Shown: positions 1-5,602 of the stretch, in pieces
How positions within the stretch are numbered: the first letter of the stretch is position 1
Layout: each line of letters starts with the position of its first letter
NCBI GenBank assembly: GCA_965215885.1
Contig: CBDCEW010000008.1
Span: 1-13,301 of the forward strand
Source of the DNA: Candidatus Moanibacter sp.
GTDB taxonomy: Bacteria; Verrucomicrobiota; Verrucomicrobiia; Opitutales; UBA2987
Reading direction: 5' to 3'
Length of the DNA stretch: 13,301 nt
Program-made: the position numbers and the translations under genes
The notes under the pieces: model-generated
Database searches by the model: none
Seen by the model: the letters and a program-made list of their open reading frames with translations, nothing else
Told to the model about the DNA's origin: nothing

Positions 1-208
1 GAAAAGCGTTCTCGTCTTGATTTCCTCTCTTGTTTCTTCTCCTTAGGTTAACGCAAATGCGCGCAGCGGGACTAGAAAGGAATGTGTCGGTCTCATCTTC
101 CTCGGAATCTCCATCTCTCACCAGAGAATCTGTACCTCAGAGATGTTTAGAAAGCTAAGTCCGACAGATTCTTAACGAACGGCAAAGAATTGGGAAAAGA
201 AAGAGAAT

Positions 209-949
209 GTGGACGAGGAGAAAAACAGGAATCTGTCAATGAGAGTCACTCTCACCGTGATTCCTCTTATTCTCGTGATATTCGGTGGAATCATAGGATT
301 GGTTAGTTTGAAGCTCCGCGAGGAAGTGCGAGAGCAAATTATCTCTCGAGATGCTGAAGTGCTCTATCCCGTGGCGTTGATGTATCTCTCTCAAAGTGAA
401 GAAGACGTTCTTCTGGATCCCCTTGCCGATCCCTACATTGGGGATACGGCCGATCTTCTGGACGTCGTCTTGAGCACATCCGAACTCAAGGGTGTGTTTG
501 CTGTTAGGTTGTTCGATATCGAAGGCCGGTTTAGCGGTGCGGTTCCCGCGGAATTTCTAAAAGGGGAGTTGGCGAAAGAGGATATGGAAGAGATACGAAA
601 GCTGCGTCCGGTGAGTCACTTTCGATTTAGGGGAAGATTGGGGGACTACTTTGTAGAGACGGCAGGGAGGGAGCAGGAAGAGGGTATTCCACTGTTGGAG
701 GTGATCTTGCCCTTGCATATAAATGTTACGGGTGAGGTACTTGGAGTTGCACAATATCTGATCGACGGCAGCAGTGTAGTGGCGGAGTTTGAAGAACTGG
801 ACAAGAATATCGGCCTTCAAGCGGTAGTAGCATTTGCCAGCGGTAGCCTGATAATCGGCCTTATTCTATTTTGGGCTTTTCGTCGATTGCGAAAGAGCAA
901 CAAGCTCTTGGAAGACAGGGTAAAAGGATTCCAGGAAGCAACTAGCTGA
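209..949 (+). pseudogene. Sensor histidine kinase, 5' fragment (TM - extracytoplasmic sensor domain - TM), interrupted after nt 915 by the ISAs1-family IS
   Basis: Two hydrophobic segments (VTLTVIPLILVIFGGIIGLVSL; AVVAFASGSLIIGLILFWAF) flank a soluble domain. Residues after KLLE are encoded by the IS end. Joining 915 to 4743 restores an in-frame 487-aa kinase (KSNKLLEERSRRLLEAD). Start is GTG 209 or ATG 239. Confidence 0.9.
906..915 (+). repeat. Target-site duplication TCTTGGAAGA of the ISAs1-family IS (left copy)
   Basis: Exact 10-bp direct repeat at 906-915 and 4733-4742 abutting the IS termini. Confidence 0.95.
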
Positions 950-1010
950 TAAGCAAGAAGATAAAAAAAGAGCTAAACAAACCCGAGGGAATCAGTCATG
1001 TTAAGATGGG

Positions 1011-2393
1011 ATGAAAGACAAAAAATCTTACCAACTGAATCCTTCGATAGATCGTTTAACTCTGCGTCTGGTCCTGCCCGAAGAGCAGGAGCGATTCAAT
1101 GATCTATTGAAACAACATCATTATTTACACAGTGCGGGCAGCGCAGGAGAGACCCTGCGCTATGTGGCGCAGATCGACGGGCAATGGATGGGCCTGCTCT
1201 TGTGGGGGGCCGCATCCTACCGGCTGAAGGATCGAGACGAATGGATCGGGAGGGACGGGGCGCAACGGCATGCACGATTGAAACTGGTAGTACAGAACCG
1301 GCGTTTTCTGATTTTGCCCGGGGTGGATCTTGCAAATTTGGCCTCCAAGACGTTGGGTATGTGCCTGAGAGTCTTAGCCGATCACTGGCAGGAGGCTTTT
1401 GGCTATCGTCCCTTAGTAGCGGAAACGTTCGTGGACCCACAGATTCACCGGGGCACTTGCTACGAAGCGAGCGGGTGGACGCCCTTGGGCTTGAGCGCGG
1501 GATATGGCCGCCAACGCGAAGATTTCTATCAACGCCATGAGCGTCCCAAGCAGATCTGGGTCAAACCCCTCAAGGCTAATGCCCTTGAGCTTTTGCGCGC
1601 TTCAGGGCCATTGCCCGCGGCACAGAGCCAGGCGCTCAATGAAACCGATAACTCCCATGCGGTCTGCCTCAAAGTGGAACAGATGAGCAGCCTGTGGGAA
1701 CGCTTCAATCAGATAGAAGACTTCCGTCGTAAAGCGGGCCTTAGATATCGGCTCGCCACGGTCCTGAGCATGATTGTGCTCGGCACGATGTGCGGCAAAC
1801 AGACCCTCAAGGGCATCGTGCGCCTGGCCCATCATCTCAATCAAGCCCAATTGCGCGCCTTACGCTCCTGGAAAAACCCCAAAACAGGCCGCTATAAGGC
1901 CCCTTGCTATGATGTCTTCTATCGGGTCTTGCAAAACGTAAAGGCCGAGCTCTTCGATAAAACCCTCACCGAATTCATCTGCTTACAAGACGGCTGTTTG
2001 CCCCGCGATATTGCCGTCGACGGCAAGACCCTCAAAGGCACAAACACCGAAGAATCAAAGGCTCTGCACCTGGTGGCCGCAGTCGATCACCAAAGCGCTC
2101 AAACCTTAGCCCAAGTCGCTACCGCCGATAAATCCAACGCGATCACCGCCGCCCAGACTCTCTTGCGAAAGATGCCCATTTTGGACGGCTCCACCTTCAC
2201 CTTCGACGCCATGCATAATCAAAAAGAAACTGCCCACATCGTCGTCGAAGAACTCAGTGCTGACTATGTTATTCAAATTAAAGACAATCAGCCCAACATG
2301 CATCAATACGCTCAGAATCTCTTCAGCTCCACCCCCTTTTTCTCCACCAAACCGTGGACAATGACCATGGGCGACTCGAAATACGTCAAATAG
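1011..2393 (+). CDS. ISAs1-family transposase, N-terminal ORF with fused DUF4338 (DruA-like) domain; full-length enzyme needs a -1 frameshift near 2332-2342
   Basis: aa ~15-190 carry DUF4338-type motifs (HHYL, GETLRYVA, RDEWIG, QNRRFLILP, NLASK, GYRPLVAETFVDP, GTCYEASGW). Then an ISAs1-associated region (IEDFRRKAGLRYRLATVL) and DDE motifs DGKT and DAMH. The catalytic E motif is not in this frame. Confidence 0.9.
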   Translation: MKDKKSYQLNPSIDRLTLRLVLPEEQERFNDLLKQHHYLHSAGSAGETLRYVAQIDGQWMGLLLWGAASYRLKDRDEWIGRDGAQRHARLKLVVQNRRFLILPGVDLANLASKTLGMCLRVLADHWQEAFGYRPLVAETFVDPQIHRGTCYEASGWTPLGLSAGYGRQREDFYQRHERPKQIWVKPLKANALELLRASGPLPAAQSQALNETDNSHAVCLKVEQMSSLWERFNQIEDFRRKAGLRYRLATVLSMIVLGTMCGKQTLKGIVRLAHHLNQAQLRALRSWKNPKTGRYKAPCYDVFYRVLQNVKAELFDKTLTEFICLQDGCLPRDIAVDGKTLKGTNTEESKALHLVAAVDHQSAQTLAQVATADKSNAITAAQTLLRKMPILDGSTFTFDAMHNQKETAHIVVEELSADYVIQIKDNQPNMHQYAQNLFSSTPFFSTKPWTMTMGDSKYVK

Positions 2394-2510
2394 CAACCCA
2401 TTCTCTAAGCGCTCCCTCTGCCGGCCTGCCCCATGCCCGCCAGTTCGCCTGTGTGCAACGCACCTTCCATTATCCAAACAAAGCTGAACCTTCCTCTGAA
2501 CGCTCTTACT
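2342..2510 (+). pseudogene. ISAs1 transposase middle segment (-1 frame), cut by the nested IS
   Basis: -1 frame reads LHQTVDNDHGRLEIRQIATHSLSAPSAGLPHARQFACVQRTFHYPNKAEPSSERSY, containing the ISAs1 HGR(I/L)ExR motif. Confidence 0.85.
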
Positions 2511-2734
2511 AGACCCCATTCGAAAAGCCTTTCGAGCGGGCGGTTTAAGGTTCTCCGCCACGGGCGGACCAGCCTATGGCTGGCAGGTTTCGGGTTTTAG
2601 GCTGCCGGCGCTGCCGATGAGCAGGTATTGAGCGGCCATCGGCGTGGCTTGCTGCACAATACGTATATTTGCCGCTGTCTGGAGGCATACTCATCCCGTG
2701 GTGCTTTTTTCTCTGAGCTTCAAAGCGGTCAGAT

Positions 2735-4285
2735 TCAGGCTGCCTGTTCCAGTTCCTCCCCTCGGCGTTTCTTCATCAGTATGATGCGGCAGAAGTTGTA
2801 GGCCAGAACCTTCTCGAGCAGTTCATCGCCTACCGCATCGATGCCGCGGCGGCCGAGTTCGCCAAAGGCAAATCCATCTTTAATCGTGAACATCAGCGAC
2901 TCCACTGCGGAGCGATCGCGGCGTGCCTCGCGATACGCCTCGCTCTCCCAGTCCTCGGGGGTGGTCAACTTCTTGCCCTTCGCCCCACTGATACTGATCT
3001 GCTTTACCCCCATGCTCAGCACCTCCTTGCGTCCCTTCGCCGAAGCATATCCGTCATCGGTGCTGACCAGTTCAGCAATGACACCGGTGCGCTTGATCGA
3101 ATCGCCGATGGCCGGCGCCAGCTCAATGGAGTCTGCCGCGTTGCCTTGCGGTACGATCAGGCTGGTGACAAAACCGTTTTCGCTGCGAACCAGTTGTGGC
3201 TTGTACCCGATCACTGGATTGCGGCTGCCCTTCTTGATGTAGGCCGCCGATCCGTCCGAGAGGCTCAGGACCTTCTGTGTGGACGGTAGCTTCTTTTCGT
3301 GAAACACCCGATCATGAGCATACTCAACAACCCGCTTGGCGTCGGCAATATCGCCCCTGATCTGGCTCAATGCCCGCTCCAGAAGCTCCCGGCGAGTGGG
3401 AGGCAGTGAATCCATCGACAGGCCCTCTTCAAGATGGCTCAGTTCCCCCGTTAGTGAGTCGGCCGCCTTGCGGCCCCGCTTGAGCAACCGCCGGTAGTGT
3501 TTCTTCAGCTTGCCCTTCGACTTCGGTTTGCCCGCGGCCAGACAAATCTGAAACTCCAGCTTGTCCATTTCCTCCAGCCAACGCCCAACCCATCCCTTGC
3601 GAAAATCCTCCAGCCCGAAGACATGCAACTTCTGACCCAAACGATTGGCCCGCATCAAAAGACCGCTCAGAATCTTCCCATCGGTGGGCCAGCAGCTGTT
3701 TGCTTTCACCGAGGTGCTGTCGATCGTCAGCTTCCCGAAATCGTCCCATTGCTCCTGGAGGATAAACCCAATCTGTTTATCAAAGATCAACTCGCGGGTC
3801 GTATGGCTGACCAGGTTCACGTTCTCCAGAATCGTCGTCACCGCCGGCATTCTCAGTCCCCCGCTCTGCAAAAATCCGTACAAGCTCATCGACTCGCGCA
3901 CAAACCGCCGTGCCGGTTTCGTGGTCAACGAACCCAGAAACCCTCGAATCATCACGAACACGTATACCGCATAAGCCGGCATCCGCGGCCGGCCTGCCCC
4001 AAGATTCAATTCAGCAGCCAGAATATTCTCCTCCTCGATGTCCAGCTCCGGCAGCTCCGCTGTGCGCCCTTCAAAGAACCTGCGATCTTCCAATCGAAGT
4101 TTCTTCTTCTCACGCGCATGGGCGTCCAGATCCTTCTCGATCGCCTCGATGATTTGCGCCGCGAACCCGGCCAATTCTTCAACTTCATCCAGAAAATCAC
4201 GGAAATCCGTGTCTGGAACCGGCAGAATGAGGTTGCTAAGGGGCGTCTTATCGCTTTTGTTCTCCTCTGTCGCACATGTTGGCAT
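2735..4285 (-). CDS. DDE transposase, IS5/ISNCY-like (516 aa)
   Basis: Motifs GRPRMP, IDSTSVKANSCWPTD, KVLSLSD..AAYIKKG, GYK, STDDGYAS, RSAVESL..IK..F, YNF. Start moved to ATG 4285 because a strong SD (AGAAAGGAG) precedes it. Confidence 0.88.
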   Translation of the reverse strand: MPTCATEENKSDKTPLSNLILPVPDTDFRDFLDEVEELAGFAAQIIEAIEKDLDAHAREKKKLRLEDRRFFEGRTAELPELDIEEENILAAELNLGAGRPRMPAYAVYVFVMIRGFLGSLTTKPARRFVRESMSLYGFLQSGGLRMPAVTTILENVNLVSHTTRELIFDKQIGFILQEQWDDFGKLTIDSTSVKANSCWPTDGKILSGLLMRANRLGQKLHVFGLEDFRKGWVGRWLEEMDKLEFQICLAAGKPKSKGKLKKHYRRLLKRGRKAADSLTGELSHLEEGLSMDSLPPTRRELLERALSQIRGDIADAKRVVEYAHDRVFHEKKLPSTQKVLSLSDGSAAYIKKGSRNPVIGYKPQLVRSENGFVTSLIVPQGNAADSIELAPAIGDSIKRTGVIAELVSTDDGYASAKGRKEVLSMGVKQISISGAKGKKLTTPEDWESEAYREARRDRSAVESLMFTIKDGFAFGELGRRGIDAVGDELLEKVLAYNFCRIILMKKRRGEELEQAA

Positions 4286-4291
4286 GTTTAA

Positions 4292-4347
4292 CTCCTTTCT
4301 TAATCTTAGGTTGTTAAACACTAGCATGTTGCGACACTTTTTATCAA
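4292..4347 (-). promoter_or_regulatory. Putative sigma70-type promoter and RBS of the nested IS transposase
   Basis: Minus strand: TTGATA (4347-4342), 18 nt, TAGTGT (4323-4318) preceded by TGn; SD AAGGAG at 4297-4292, 6 nt before ATG 4285. Confidence 0.5.
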
Positions 4348-4433
4348 GCCAAAAAATGATTTTTCTCAAGTTTTTCTTGCGCCTTTTGCGCCTCTTTGCG
4401 GCCAATCAGTAGCTTTTCGGATAAGGTCTTACT

Positions 4434-4708
4434 ACGTAAGCAGTCTCGATCCCGCCGATTTGAGCCCTCAACAGTTCCTCTCGAAAATTCGCAACCATTG
4501 GTCGATCGAAAATAAAAATCATTACCCCAGGGATCGCTTCTTCGATGAAGATCGATGTATGATCCGTAATCATAACGCAGCCAGAATTCTTGCTGCATGC
4601 AGGCAACTGGTTCTCAGCCTCAAGTCTTCCATGGGCGCTGAATCCACTCCCGCACTCTGTGATGATTTCGTCTTTAACTTACATAAGGCCATCAATATCA
4701 TCACCTAA
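4434..4708 (+). pseudogene. ISAs1 transposase C-terminal segment (catalytic E region)
   Basis: YVSSLDPADLSPQQFLSKIRNHWSIENKNHYPRDRFFDEDRC matches the ISAs1 R.HW.IEN..H..RD..F.ED signature and is in frame with 2342-2510 after excision of the nested IS. Confidence 0.9.
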
Positions 4709-5499
4709 TGCTCCGAGAATCAAAATACCGTGTCTTGGAAGAGCGAAGTCGCCGCCTTCTGGAAGCAGATACAGAATTGACGCTGGCGGCGAAAACTTCC
4801 GCCATCGGCGCAGTCAGCGCACACCTCATTCACGGGTTGAAGAATCCGTTATCCGGGCTGCAGGAGTTTGTGGCCGACCGGAATCGAGTGACCTCGGATC
4901 AGGAGAGGGAAGGGGAGTGGGAAGCTGCCGTGGAGACTGCGCAACGAATGCAGACGATGATCCAGGAAATCGTATCGGTGCTGCAAGAGGAGGAGCATGC
5001 GGCTGAGTATGAGTATTCGATTGAGGAGATTAGAGAGATAATTGGAGACAGAGCCGAGCCGATAGCGAAGAAGAAGGGCGTGCATTTTCAGGCGGATGCT
5101 GCGCCCGATGGCTCGATTGACAGCCGGAGGGGAAATCTCCTGCTTCTCATATTAATGAACCTGATTCAAAACGCCATAGAAGCTACGCCGGCAGGAAATA
5201 GAGTGTGGCTCTCTTTCAAAGAGGAAGAAAACAATCTGGAGATTAGCGTCTCCGATACTGGAGGAGGATTACCGGATTATGTTCAAGAAAATCTGTTTTC
5301 TCCTTGTCGAAGCACCAAAGAGAACGGTAGCGGGGTGGGGCTCGCGATCAGCCAACAGTTGGCAAAGCATATCCAGGGCGAGTTGGCCCTCGAAGAGACC
5401 GGTCCTGGGGGTACGCGTTTTCACCTGGGTATGTGCCTTGAGAGGCGTTTGCCCAACCGCGACGAGGAACACGCCGGTTCCGCGACAGAAGTGGCGTAA
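4708..5499 (+). pseudogene. Sensor histidine kinase, 3' fragment (HisKA + HATPase_c); native sequence resumes at 4743, ATG 4708 comes from the IS end
   Basis: H-box AHLIHGLKNPLSGL, N-box NLIQNAIEA, G1 VSDTGGGLP, F-box LFSPCRSTK, G2 GSGVGLAIS. Confidence 0.92.
4733..4742 (+). repeat. Target-site duplication TCTTGGAAGA (right copy)
   Basis: Identical to 906-915. Confidence 0.95.
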
Positions 5500-5602
5500 G
5501 CAATGAAAGTCAGGGAAGTCGAAGTTTCCGATCTGCGCCTTCCGTCGCCGCTTCGCTGTGCCGTGACAAGTGCTCTTCATCACTTCTCGAATTTTTGAAA
5601 CA

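Larger units (their letters stand above)
2511..4429 (-). mobile_element. IS5/ISNCY-like insertion sequence (1919 bp) nested in the ISAs1 transposase gene
   Basis: 18-bp TIRs AGACCCCATTCGAAAAGC (2511-2528) and AGACCTTATCCGAAAAGC (reverse complement of 4412-4429), 15/18 identical. TSD TACT (2507-2510 and 4430-4433), or TTACTA if each end is 1 nt shorter. Removing the element restores ERSYYVSSLD in frame. Confidence 0.92.
916..4732 (+). mobile_element. ISAs1-family insertion sequence, copy 1 (1894 bp once the nested IS is removed)
   Basis: Imperfect TIRs CAGGGTAAAAGGATTC (916) and CACGGTATTTTGATTC (reverse complement ending 4732). 10-bp TSD. ISAs1 transposase motifs IAVDGKTLKG, KSNAITA, TFDAMHNQKETA, IKDNQP, HGRLEIR, HWSIEN. 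The right end is confirmed independently by the second copy at 13100. Confidence 0.93.

Noticed and set aside
999..1010. TGtTAAGAT extended -10 as a leaderless ISAs1 promoter
   Set aside because: Only 3 nt separate it from ATG 1011, too close for a TSS at or before the start, and there is no clear -35.
1011..2393. A Druantia anti-phage system
   Set aside because: Only a DruA-like domain fused to a transposase; no DruE helicase or other dru genes in the window.
4286..4405. Lys/Arg-rich N-terminal extension of the 556-aa ORF
   Set aside because: It starts at a TTG next to the TIR and spans the predicted promoter; the strong SD supports ATG 4285.
2841..4412. Long antisense or overlapping ORFs within transposases (e.g. 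3497-4291; also 11251-11961 and 11992-12576)
   Set aside because: Shadow frames of GC-rich genes with no recognisable motifs.
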